From assembly GCA_951406725.2 (NCBI GenBank), contig OX597823.1:46004001-46068000 (forward strand): DNA of 64,000 bases. Direction: 5' to 3'. The position numbers and the translations under genes are program-made. The notes under the pieces are model-generated. The model saw nothing but the letters and a program-made list of their open reading frames with translations, did not search any database and was not told where the DNA came from. Below are positions 11,626 to 24,660 of this stretch, one piece after another. Every line of letters starts with the position of its first letter. Position 1 is the first letter of the stretch. The DNA is from Octopus vulgaris. Taxonomy: Eukaryota.

Positions 11626-11899
11626 TTGAAACTAGTGCTTTCTGTGTGTTCTTGAATGGCTTTACAAACGTCTACGCTGCAATTGTTTTTGTTTCAGCAC
11701 ACGATCTCAGATCAAGTCGCTTGCTATGCAAGTACATCTCCGTAATTTTTTTAAATCGCTGTGGATAAATGCCAACAATGACCTTCTCACGCTCTCCAAT
11801 ATTTTAATTTCTAAATAGAAACAATTGAGGGCAGGGAGTGGGGTTGCAAAAATTCATAATTCCTCCAGCTTTCTTTTTTTATAGAATATGAATGCATAT

Positions 11900-12534
11900 A
11901 TAGGGGAAAATATAGAAAAACATCAATACATGCGAGAGTGATAAAGATACAAGGAGGGTTGTCTTTGGATATGCTACAAACAACAACCAAATCGCCATTA
12001 AATCATTCATTTCCCCTCCGAAAATATTAATAATTAAAATCAAAATTACCGAAAATGCGCTTTCCATGGTTTTGAAGTGCCAAAAAAAAAAAAGTGGGGG
12101 CCAAAATAGGTCCGAAGTGGCATGATGAAGGAGGGGATGTAAAAAAAAAAGCGTTTACAAAACTCTTTTCATACAAAGATGCTGTGGCTTTAAAAATAAA
12201 TGAAGAAAATTCCGAAAAAAATTTTCCTCACACATTTCTTTGTAATCATAATCTTTGCCGTTTGAAAGGGATTTTAGAAAACATATCCATCTTCCTGAAA
12301 GTTATGACGGAATAAATGTCAAATCATGTGAATTTTCTGAAACTTTTCTCTCCACCTCCTCGGAAAAGTTCTTTCTCATAAATCCCTATATACTCTGAAG
12401 CCACAAGAATAAAGGCAGTATTATACAAAGAAATAATTAGACGTAAAATATAAAAATTATTAGAATTGGGAATCAAATGTGAAAATATTATCAAGGGGTT
12501 AGCAGAAGACCGCTCCTCGGGCGGTTTTGTGCTA

Positions 12535-12535
<1 letters not shown>
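11900..12535 (+). mobile_element. Helitron 3' end (5' boundary unknown)
   Basis: Hairpin GACCGCTCCTCGGGCGGTT followed by CTAG|T at 12532-12536, next to a (TA)n tract. Confidence 0.55.
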
Positions 12536-12620
<85 letters not shown>

Positions 12621-13459
12621 ATATATATGTATATATATGTATATATATATATATATATGTATGTATTCTACATATTCACACACACGCCCACCCCTACATA
12701 CACATATATCTATACCTTCATATATATGTCTGTGTGTGTATATATATATATATGTTTGTATCAATGTGTGTGTGTATATATATATGTGCATATATCTGAT
12801 TATATATATGTGATTCATGTGTGTGTGGGTGTGTGTGTGTGTATGTCTAAGTATATATTTACACGTCTATGTGTTCGTCTGTTGTCGGCGTTGGAGAATA
12901 ATTCCCTTATCAATAGATATGATATATATGTGGTCATCAATCTGATCAATTTCGTCAGTTGCTTCTAAACATATCCAGACATGTTCTTCAACTGTCATGC
13001 AGTTTGATAGAAACGGAGACCTTTGGCTTGTCTCGCTTTTCCGATAAGGAATTATGAGACATTACTTGGTGCCGAGATACTTTTGATCAGACAGTTGATC
13101 TTCATTGCTTTCAAATGGACATTAGTCCAAACATATTAACTCTCTGTAATAATGTGGTTTTGTTTAAATTGGAAATAATAATAAAAAAATGTTTAGAAAC
13201 TTCCAATTATATATAGTTATTTTCTTTGTTACATATTGATGTGTAAATTCATATATCTAGTGTTAGTCCTATTTAAGTGGACATTCTATTCAGGAATGTA
13301 CACTTATATGGATTTACTCATTGTATATACAGATGTTGTGTCGTTTTAGATATCATTTCTTTTTAAGTTGCAGAGAGCAAAGAATTACTTTTGAGACGTG
13401 AATTATCCCTGATATGGGCACTAAGAGAAACGATTTGGGGACAAAAATTAGTAAAGGCG

Positions 13460-13876
13460 ATGTAGTAACGAGCGAAAGAGTACAATCGCGAATACAACTG
13501 ACAGAAACGGGCTTTCTTCGAAGAATCTCTGCAGTAACGTCACTCGATGGGGTGCATAGCTCGGAGATCAGAGAGCTTCACCAGGTCGATCCGCACTTCC
13601 CGACATTGAGGCATCGCAGCTCTGATACTATGGACATGTGATTTGAATGTCGCAAGAAATAATGCCACATAAATTCCCTAAACCGAACCACTCGGCAGCA
13701 GACCTCAAGATAGACCAAGAACGAGAGGGTTGGATAACTAATATCCATACTCTCAGTTGCTCATGATTGGGGATCCAACCGGATGTTTAATGACGGTTGT
13801 CTTTGAGAGTACTCTATGGAGCAGTTACCTGAGAGACTCTATCCCCACTATAGGTATAATGGGTGGAGAAGATGGA
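13460..13876 (+). mobile_element. RTE-clade LINE 3' fragment
   Basis: Translation SRIQLTETGFLRRISAVTSLDGVHSSEIRE resembles the RTE post-RT motif (AEMRFLRR..DRVRSS.IRE). An RP.GRPRTRW-like segment follows. Confidence 0.7.
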
Positions 13877-14830
13877 GGGACCGAAAGTAAATGCAACCGT
13901 ACCGTACTGTGATGGAACGACAAACTGACCTTCCAAGATTTGGCTACTATTTCTAGAAATACTTATTCATTCTATCAGCATATATAGAGTTAAGTATTCC
14001 ATAGAGATATGTAACATTAATGCAATATTCGGACAGAAGCAGTAAGCAATCAAACTAGCTTGTAATTTCAGGTAGCTCTATTCGATGGGCTTTAAGACAA
14101 TTTCCATTTATCCAAATTTTATTCACGAGACTAGGCGCAGCATTGCCAGAAGATTGAAGAGATCCCTTTGCACTCATCTGGTTCCACATTCGCTCTTATT
14201 TCATGTTAGCGTACGGATACTGTTTTGAAACCTGTCGGTAGATTATACCTCTAATTTGGGAGTCCAGGTATCCCCACCACGTCACGATAAATCTCTAGGT
14301 GAAATAGCTTAAGATTACATTATTTAGGTGAATATTACTCGTAACTGTGGAATGTTTAGTTACAGGCACATTAAAATACCGATATGTATATTAGTTATAA
14401 TATATGCACAGCTACTTAAAGTTTTCTGTCACCGTGGAGGTAATATTAAGTCGAAATGCCGGTGTTCTTGACCCTGTTTATACACACTACGTCTTTCCCA
14501 AGAAGAATACTGTGTTAAATTTGCTTTTTGTGATGTATTAACATTAGGCACGATATGCAGGTCGTTAGTTTAATCTATATATAAACGTAAATATACACAC
14601 ATACACACTTACACACATTCACACATATACACATACAGTGTTGTTGCGCAAAACTTTGATATCAGTAAAGGCATCAGTGTAATATTTGTAAGCAACCTTT
14701 GTTGGTAATTAAGTATTTATTTACACAGAATCTACAAAAATATAAGCAGCAACTGGTTTATTTTTGATTTTATGATAATTGTTTTAATATATATCTGTTT
14801 GTGTGAGTGTATGTGTGTGAGTGTATGTGA

Positions 14831-14880
<50 letters not shown>

Positions 14881-15214
14881 ATGTTTGCGTGTGTAAATAT
14901 TTATGTGACTGAGCGCGTTGTCGGGCTCTGTGACGATCTGTTCGTGTATACGTATGTCCGTATGTTCGTAGGTGGACATATTTTCATTTAGAACTTATCC
15001 AGGTTATTGGACTTCTCTATACTCAACTTTAAATGCTGACTGCATTGGAAAACTAAAATATTACTACCACTATCACCACGACAACCACCACCTGTACTAA
15101 CATAAGAAGTAGTATTAGTAGTATGGCAGCGCCAGCAGTGATAACAAAAACAACAAAAAAGAAACCAAAGTAATAATGATGTCAACAAAAAAGAAAAATG
15201 TATTATTATTATTA

Positions 15215-15248
<34 letters not shown>

Positions 15249-15520
15249 CATTATTATTATTATTATAATTATACATTTTGCAAATAAAGATGATAATGAT
15301 GACAGCAGTGATTGTAATTTTTTTCTTTCTGTTTTGAAGATAAAATTAGATGGTCCAATTATACAGATAAATTACCAACTCCAACTTGCACTGCGAAACA
15401 GAGAGAAACAGAGAAGGTGATAGAGAGTGAAAGAGAGGGAGAGAGGGAGAGAGAGAGAGAAAATGCGTTATGTACACAGACAAATATATGCTCATTATCC
15501 TACACATACACACACACACA

Positions 15521-15564
<44 letters not shown>

Positions 15565-15763
15565 ATATATATATATAAATCTGTATACCTATCTATCTGT
15601 TTGTCTTACTATTCCTCTTTCTGTCTCTCTCGTTTTCACTCTCTCCTTCCCTCTCCCTCTCTCTCTATATATATATACATACACAGATAAATAGATATAC
15701 ATACATATCTTATATATTACATATATATATATAAATCTATCTATCTATCTATCTATATGTATA

Positions 15764-15860
<97 letters not shown>

Positions 15861-15866
15861 ATATAT

Positions 15867-15897
<31 letters not shown>

Positions 15898-15942
15898 AAT
15901 CTGTAGTCATACCTATCTATTTATCTCACTATTTCTCTCTCA

Positions 15943-15991
<49 letters not shown>

Positions 15992-16784
15992 CCATATGTA
16001 TGCATATTTTAACTATACATGTATGGGTGTGTATACACATGCCAGGCAGCTAAGTATGTACCAAGACTAGTTAGATGTTACAAAGCACTTACACTCACTT
16101 TGAAGCAAACGTAAACGCCACCAGCATACCTATATGTGCATCAAGGTGCGTATGTATATCATAAATATATTTGTTGGTTTGTTTATTGTTTCCTGCGCGT
16201 TTCTGCCAGTGAAATATATGAACTTATAGAATAATTTTCTAAGTTGATCAATAACAGCTAGTCTAAACGATGTTAGTAATTTGCTTTACATTTGAACTTA
16301 TACGCACGGTACATACATACACATACACACACATTGTTAAAAGTATTTTCACACGCACCCATATACACACATACAACATATACACCACATATATTTGTGT
16401 ATATGCATATAAATGTATATATGTATACAGGTATATGTGTGTATATATATATATATGCATATATATATATATACATCCGCACAAGTATATAAATATACAT
16501 ACACACGCACAAACACACACACATACGCATACATATACATATATACACTCATACAAACATACCTATATTCACGTACAGTGCAAATGAGTGTACACAGGAA
16601 CATGTCTGAACATACTTTTTGTATCTCAATATATATGAGCAAATGAAATATTGTTTACCCTAACTTTTCGCTATCAGGACAAATGTAAATCTTGTTTGCA
16701 GTCTTGTAATTAAGATTTCCCTTTCCTTTTTTTTTCTCTTTAATTCGTGGCTTTAGCAGGAAGTAAGATAAACTATTATCGGTT

Positions 16785-17098
16785 ATCTTTTTCTTACTGC
16801 AGTCGTTGGACTGCGGCCATGCTGGGGCACTGCCTCATTGAAGGGATTTAATCGAATGAATCGATCCCAGTGCTTTGCTTCTTTTGTTTTTTCAAGCATG
16901 ATATTTATTCTATCGTTCTGTTTTTCTTAACCCTTAAGTAATGGAGACATAAAACAAACCAACACCAGCAGTGAAGCTGTGATGGGGGTCAAACACACAT
17001 GCAAAGGCACAAGCACACACAGACACACACACATACAAATACGTACACATATACTTACATTCAAACACAGCCAGAGACGCATTCAGATAGACAGGCAC

Positions 17099-17133
<35 letters not shown>

Positions 17134-18298
17134 TGCATATATATATATACATATATAAACTTAGATAAACTTAGATATGTTTCGACCAATGATTGGTCCA
17201 AGCCATGTCTAACTTAATAGCACCACCTGATAGGATTATTTGAATCCTGTTTAAGTCAAGTTTTGTTTATGGTCCATTCAAGTAGTGAGTTTTTGTTGGG
17301 TGAGTTATATCCAATTATGGGTGGCTTATCTGGTATTCCTTGAATGAATCTATCCAGACCTCGTTTAAAGTTGATGGGATCCTGTTCCTCTTTGATCTCT
17401 TTCGAGACAATGTTGAATAGGGCAGGTCCTGTTGAGGAAAAGAAATTATGTTGTAGTGTACATGTATGCTGTGATCTTGAATTGGGCAGGGGACGAATGA
17501 CCCGTGGTCCCAGTCTTGGATGAACCTTGAAGCTAATGTTCAGGTCGTTTGGGCAAAGTTGGCGGTATATTCTCCACATCGTACAAATGATGTACCGCTC
17601 ACGGCGACGCTGGAGAGAGTAGAGTTTCAAGGCTTTAAGGCGATCCCAATAATCGAGAGCAGCCATGCCTTCAATTCGTTTAGTGAGTGCTCTCTGGGGT
17701 GATTCAATCCTCGAGATGTTTTGTCTTGTATGGGGAGACCACAGTGGGCAGCAGTATTCGAGGTGTGGCCGTACAAAGGAGGAAAAAAGTGGTATGATGA
17801 CACCTTGTTCTCTGGACCGGAAAGTTCTTAAGATCCAGGAACTCATCCTACGAGCTATATCGACCTTCTTGTTGATGTGTGCACTCCAACTGAGATCGTC
17901 ATCAACAATTACACCCAGGCCTCTGATATTGTTAGAGGCTGTGAGCGGTTCCCCTGAAGGAAGAGAGTATGGCTGTTTTACTGAGGAATTTCTTCCAAAA
18001 TGCATCAGCTCAAATTTTTCCTCGTTTAGTTGCATTTTGTTTCTGTCTGCCCATTGTCTCACAGCATATAGATCAGACTGGAGTTGAGTTCAGTCTGCTT
18101 CTTCATTGACGATTTGCTGGAGCTTAGGGTCATCAGCAAATATTTTCACTTTGCAGTAATGTACGACACTGGAAAGGTCGTTTATGTAGATTATGAAGAG
18201 TAGCGGACCCAAGACAGTCCCCTGGGGGACACCGCTGGTGACTTTTGCTGGGCTTGAGTGGACTCCATCAACTACAACATGTTGTGTTCTATTCGCCA

Positions 18299-18359
<61 letters not shown>

Positions 18360-18364
18360 CATAT

Positions 18365-18419
<55 letters not shown>

Positions 18420-18528
18420 TTTCAGTTTCCGTCTATCAAATTCATCCACAAGGCATTTTGTCTCCCAGAAGCTATAATAGATGAAACTTGCTCAAGGTAG
18501 AACGCAATGGGAGTGAACCTGGAACCAA
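16785..18528 (-). mobile_element. Family A SINE split in two (about 16785-17050 and 18416-18528) by a LINE insertion
   Basis: The 3' half (GCGGCCATGCTGGGGCAC...) lies left of the LINE and the 5' half (TTTCAGTTTCCGTCTATCAAAT...) lies right of it. Confidence 0.7.
17155..18300 (-). mobile_element. CR1/L2-group LINE, 5'-truncated (RT C-terminal half)
   Basis: SGVPQGTVLGPLLFIIYINDL...IFADDPKL, a frameshift, then LGVIVDDDLSW...VRPHLEYCCPLWSP...LYSLQRRRERY. Short tandem tail near 17155-17178. Confidence 0.9.
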
Positions 18529-18910
18529 AGAGTTCTATTCCCTTTGTCTATCAAGAATATTCCGAGTCTGATTAATATATTTCTTACCATCACTCTCCTA
18601 CTTTACAAGCTAGATTCGGTAAGGAAATGTCAACGCAAACTTGAAACATCATTTTGTCAGTGATACTCAGAGTAAAAGACATATAAAGGGCAGAATTAGT
18701 ATCCTTCATGTATTTATTTGTAGAGTATGTAGTGGTATCTTCAGAATTTAAATACTGTTGTATCCACTTTACCTTTCAGTTCAGCAAATTGTAATAAAAA
18801 TCAAGTTTTGCTGTTTAAAACAAGATCAACCGTGATACTAAAGTTTTATGAACAATGACCTTCCATCATGTGTTTTATATTAAAAAATGGTATTTCTATA
18901 GTAAAGCATA

Positions 18911-18962
<52 letters not shown>

Positions 18963-18982
18963 ATAATATATATATATACATA

Positions 18983-20598
18983 CAGTGGCGGCCAACATTT
19001 TCAGAACGGCATTGTTTTCGTCAGAAAAGTAGATATAATTTTTTTTATCAAAGTTGTTTTATATTCTATAATTTTCACAGACAATAAATACGATATTATT
19101 TGTTATTATCTGAGATTTTGGTGTAATTTGAGAGGATAATACAAAAGTTATGGATGATTTAGTGATTTACTGCAAAACCCATGGCGGCTAAAATGATCCG
19201 AACGGTTGCTTTTACTCCGTGTTTTAGTATATTTAACCGGCGAACTCTAATGTTTTGAATTTGTTTACGTGCCAGTTCGTTTACTAAAAATTAGTAAGAA
19301 TATTTGCAGTGTACTTTGTTAATATAATGCCACTTACTCCGTTACCAATTCGTCAGCAGATTATTAAGCTTCCAAGGAAGGATAATTTAGGCATTGGATC
19401 TATTGCAAAGATTGTTAACAAGTCAAAAAGTGTTGTACACGTTATTCTTAAGGTCTACGATGATTGTGATTCGTGTGAAGCAAGAAAGTTTACAGGTAGG
19501 CCAAGAAAAACGACCAAGAGAGAAGATCGTGCTATGGTGAAGTTGGTTAAAAAGGACAGATTTAAAACTGCTGCTGCTGTTTCTCGGAAAATGAGCATTG
19601 TATTAAAGAAAAACTGTGTCTCGTCGTTTAGTTGAATAAGACCTACAAGCAAGAGCAACTGCAGTGAAGCCACTGATCAGCTCCAATAATAAAAAGTGTC
19701 GTCTTACCTTTGCAACCAAACATGTGTTGTGGTCTCAAGAAAAATGGCAAACGGTGCATTTCAGTGATGAATCTAAGTTTATTTTATTTGGCTCAGATGG
19801 GAAAAGGTACGTTCGTAGAAAAGTAGGTGAAAAATTGTCGCCTAAATGCCTTAAGATTAGTGTTAAATTCGGTGGAGGAAGTGTCATGGTTTGCGGGATG
19901 ATATCTGAAGATGGTGTGGGCCCTTTGGTGCGATTACATGGAAAAGTAAATGCAGGAGTTTATAAACAACTTGTAAAAGATCATGTCTTGCCTGTGCTGA
20001 GAAATTCAACTAAACGACCACCCATATTCATGCAGGACAATACCCCATGTCACAAGGCTAAGGTGGTCATGAACTTCCTTAAGGCTGAAAAGGTTATTGT
20101 TATGGATTGGCCTGCTCAAAGCCCAGATCTCAATCCTATTGAAAATGTATGGAATATTCTAGGAGAACGTTCGAAAGCCAGAAATTCTAAAACAACTGAG
20201 CAATTATGGAATGCCCTTCAGGAAGAATGGAATAAGATCACCCAGCATGAAATTGATAATTTAATTTCTCATGCAGTCAAAGATGTCAGAGTGTGATTGA
20301 AGCTAAAGGGCTTCACACTAAATATTAAATAATTCCAGTATTCTCTGTCATTTTTGATTATTTTGTTATTTTTTCAACCGTTCTGATACTTTTGGCCGCC
20401 ATGGGTTTTGCAGTAAATCACTAAATCATCCATAACTTTTGTATTATCCTCTCAAATTACACCAAAATCTCAGACAATAACAATTAATATTGTATTTATT
20501 GTCTGTGAAGATTATAGAATATAAAACTACTTTGATAAAAACTTATACTTACTTTACTGACGAAAACAATGCCGTTCTGAACATTTTGGCCGCAACTG
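18983..20598 (+). mobile_element. Full-length Tc1 transposon, IR/DR type, TA TSD
   Basis: TA|CAGTGGCGGCC...GGCCGCAACTG|TA. TIRs of about 225 bp (18983-19208, 20375-20598), each with inner and outer direct repeats. Confidence 0.95.
19327..20328 (+). pseudogene. Tc1 DD34E transposase, frameshifted
   Basis: HTH region with TGRPRKTT; FSDESKF; MQDNTPCH...SPDLNPIEN (34 residues between D and E); ends GLHTKY*. Frameshifts near 19610 and 20270. Confidence 0.92.
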
Positions 20599-21232
20599 TA
20601 TATCCATAATATATATCCTCCTATTTAGAAAACATATCGGTCGGTGTAATTGTGATTGTTTGCCATCGCGTGAAATCTATATTAGTAAATTCCTAAAATA
20701 ACCTTTAATGATTGAATTACTTTATTTTACCTTACATTTACCCAACTAAACTCATTGCCTGCACCTTAAAAAGAATTTATAATTAAAATAATAGTTTCAC
20801 AACTGACTCTGTGAATGCTGTTGAATAATGGATGCGGTTGAACGCTAGTAAAAATTTCTTTGTGGTATTTATTTTTCTATTCTATTGATAGAGTGGAAAA
20901 TGTTTCACTTTCTTCTGACAGTGTGGAAAATACTGGATACTACTTTAATGGGATCACTTCAATCTACTTATAACCATCTTCGGATGTCAGGAACACTTAA
21001 TATACAAGATTAAAGAGAATAGTCACAATTTCAACGTCCTTAAAAATATCTCAACGGGATCAGAGATGGTTACAGGCTCAATAAAAATGGCATCATATTT
21101 GTAGTAGAGCTCACTAAAGGTTGGCATACATCACTTCGAAATATCAATGAGAGACATGCTCACATTTTTGTTAGAAATCGGCATCTTTATCGGTAATTCA
21201 GATATTGGACCCTCTTTATATTTAATTAATAC

Positions 21233-21294
21233 GTGGGGCTTCAACATGACCATAAGACTAAAGCTTTAGTCTTATGGTCATGTTGAAGCCCCAC
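21233..21294. repeat. Perfect 62-bp spacerless palindrome
   Basis: GTGGGGCTTCAACATGACCATAAGACTAAAG|CTTTAGTCTTATGGTCATGTTGAAGCCCCAC. Confidence 0.95.
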
Positions 21295-22769
21295 TTCAAG
21301 TTTCGTATGTCACTATTCGGCGGTATTTGTATGGACGGCGATATTTGTATAAGGCAGGTTTGAGAGAAACTTACTCAGGTGATTATTTTAAACAGGAAAC
21401 CCTGTGAAACAATTGGATATCCTTACGTAATCTACACTGTGCAAAAGGAAGTCTGCCATGTTAGATGGTGAACATTCTGTAATATAAAACATCGTATTGG
21501 TGTTTAATTATTTCACATTCTAGAGTTAATACAGTCCATTGCTGCAGATTTCTCGTTTAAAGGTATCTGTAAGCGGTATATCAGCAGCCGTAAAAACGAT
21601 AGTTTAGCCCACATATGGTTGGAAAGGTGTTAACAAAGTAAATTAGTTACAACTGAGAAAGGAAATGATTCGCAAAGAGCTATTTAGTTCACCAAGAGTT
21701 TATCACATAAGCTACGTCACTGGTGATACCTTCAGTAGTAAAATATAAATATTAAAAGTGAAAGTAAAATGGAAATTAAAGGGAAATGTAGTAATGCGTA
21801 AAATTGTCTTAGATTTTTATTTAATAAATATGCTTTTATTGCTTCATTATAAATACGTTGAGACATCAAGTGTTTCAGAATACTTCTTTAGTAAAATCTG
21901 ATTAAGTTGTTTCGCTTCGATTTCATTTGAAGGTAGCTGCAAGCAGATAACATTATCTGACTTGTGCATCCGTGATCATTAAAATCAACCTGGATTATTT
22001 GCCTTAAGTTTACCTCAGTTACTTCCATGGCATCTGTCTTTCATTGATCTTCTTTCTATCTCCTACCAACAAATTATAGAATAAATTATAGAATACATCA
22101 GAGTTTTTGATCATATTTGATAATCACTGTTCTTGTTTTCTTTCAATTTTGTAAAATAACAAAAACATAGCACAAAAATTTCGAGAATTTTCACTTTTTT
22201 CTTGCATATGAAAGTATATAGATGCTTTGAGAAGAAACAAAACGTTAACACGATAAAAGGAAATCCAGTAGACACTTTATTCGTGTTAAATATCACGAGT
22301 AATTAAAATGTATCACACAGATCTTTTGAATAATTTGCCATTTCTAGAAATTGAAATAAAAAATAGCAACACCAACATCTATCATTCTTACATTATGTTA
22401 ACAAATATTACTCATATAATAACTTTCGAGTTTGGAGCTAAAATATGTATTACGTTTAACATCTAATTCGTGGTTCTAAGAATATAGATTATTATTGCCC
22501 TGCCGTTTATTATGAATAAAATACATTGCTTAGTAGAAAATCCCTGAGTGGGTAACATCCAGGTTTCCTTATCATCAACCCAAGAGCTTGAATAGAAACT
22601 CATGTCCTAACAGTTGACGTAGAAAGTATGGTTGAAATTTCTCAGAGATACGTAAATATTATTTTCGTATGTAAGCGAAGCGTTTACCTGAAAAATAAAT
22701 TGCAGAAACGAAAGTTACAAAATATGAAACTTTATAATTAGAGTACTTACTAAAATGTGTGTAATATCC

Positions 22770-23122
22770 ATAGCATCAGTTCCTCGCGATTGGTGATCTC
22801 ACCGGAAGAAGATTAATGACAGTTGTTTTGGATAGTACCCTATGGAGTAGTTACCTGAGTGACTCTATCCCCACGATCTTCTCAAGTCTAGTGGGCGGAG
22901 AAGACGGGGCCTCGAAAGCAAATGCAACCATAAAGTGATGAAATGACAAATTGACATTCCTAGATTTGGCTGCTATTTCCAGAAATATCTATTCATTGTA
23001 TTAGCATATATACAATTGAATATTATATAGAGATGCAATATTACATAGAGATATGTAACGTTAATGTAATATTCAGACAGAAACAGTAAGTATTCAAACT
23101 AGCTTGGAATTTCAGGTAGCTC
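22770..23122 (+). repeat. Diverged duplicate of 13745-14080 (RTE 3' end plus its downstream flank)
   Basis: Shared blocks GTTACCTGAG.GACTCTATCCCCAC, AGATTTGGCT.CTATTT, CATAGAGATATGTAAC and TCAAACTAGCTTG.AATTTCAGGTAGCTCT. Confidence 0.85.
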
Positions 23123-23123
23123 T

Positions 23124-23373
23124 TGTTTGCGGAAGACCAACAGTCGCCCATGCATACCAGCATCCCCTGTCCACGCCACCGCTGTTATCCAAGAGAAAAA
23201 CAAAGGTCGATACAGTTTGGCCCCAGTGACGTCACAACTTATTTCTACAGCTGCGTGAACTGGAGCAACGTGAAATAAAGCGTCATGCCCAAGAATACAA
23301 CATACAGCCCGGTTCGGGAATCGAAATCACTACCTCATAATTGTGAGCCCGACGCTCTATCCACTGAGCCATG
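23124..23373 (-). mobile_element. tRNA-derived SINE, family C
   Basis: Minus head TGGCTCAGTGG...TTCGATTCCC, then TTATTTCACGTTGCTCCAGTTCAC. A partial plus-strand relative lies at about 59208-59350. Confidence 0.75.
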
Positions 23374-23559
23374 TAAGACAAGACAAACAAGATTTATAAA
23401 ACTGATAGGATGGGTGAAAGACATCATATATAATATGTGAAACAAGTTAAAGAAATTAATGAAAATGACATTAAATTACATACAATAATTAGAAAATTGT
23501 AGAAAAATACATCATAATTAAATATGATACAAAACAAAATATTGAAGTTTTCCTCCTAC

Positions 23560-24660
23560 ATATAGTTGGGAATCCACGTGCTACGTTGAGCCAGAGAACT
23601 CTACTATACACTTAATTTGCACAGTTTTATTCCACTTTTTCTATAACGAGAATCTGTTGTTCCGAAAAAATTCCTGCGTCATTTATGTATCGGAGGTTGT
23701 CATGGATAGGTCTACTTTTATCCGTGTACACCACCTCCGAAACTTTGCTAGCACCTTGGCCAAAATCATAAATTCTGCATTTGACACAATTATATGGAAA
23801 TTATCAATTACATCACACTAGTTTGCATCTGTCTTCATTAGTGGTACTACTCTCCAGTGGACATAATTTAAAGAGTCGGTGAACCAATATGACATATATA
23901 CATGAAGATGGTAGAGTATGCCAAACAAACCACATGATCTTTCCTATAGAAATTAAACCCCAACCTCGGTTGCAATTATCGGCAACTACGGTAATTTGTA
24001 TCACGTGAACTGTCACCAGATCTGTTCATTCGCCTTCTCATCAGAATCTCTGCAGATGTGTCAGCCTCAGCGAGAACCTATGAATTCTTTACCGTTGTAC
24101 ACCTGATTTCCCTGTAGTAGGAGGTGAAAGTTGATGGAAACCTTGACCAATAGATCAAATTCTTTCTACAAGAAGCGAAATACCATATGTTCTAAATTGA
24201 TGTTTCCTGGAAGAAGGTTTGACGGTTAATCGATAGTACACTTCTGCGTAAATATTCATGGACACCTTTCTCCCCGACCGTTTCTGAGACCCAACTTATT
24301 TGGAACAACTTCCGAGGTTTGAAACGCACGGAGGTGTTTTTCCGGATCGCAATATATGTACGAGTAACTTAGTTGAAACCACGGTTCAGTGTAAGAAGCC
24401 GCTGTTCGGCATGGATTTGGTTCACCAAGTGCTAATTGCAAGCCCAACTACCTTTTCTTTTTAATGTAGGATCTTGATACGTTTTGATACCCTTCTAGAA
24501 TTGTTCCATTCCTTCTGATTTCTGTTGTACTCCACTGCATGACTGATATCATTTACATATGCAAGCATGGCCCTCATGAGTCCCACTTTGAATAGGATGG
24601 CCCTCAATTTCTCCAAACTCTGTAGTAAAGGCTCTAGTGTCAAAACATATAAGAGACAAG
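23560..24660 (-). mobile_element. Degraded L1/Tx1-like LINE RT fragments
   Basis: Minus translations LYVLTLEPLLQSLE...AYVNDIS (about 24540-24660) and NAEFMILAKVLAK (about 23745-23790). Confidence 0.55.
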
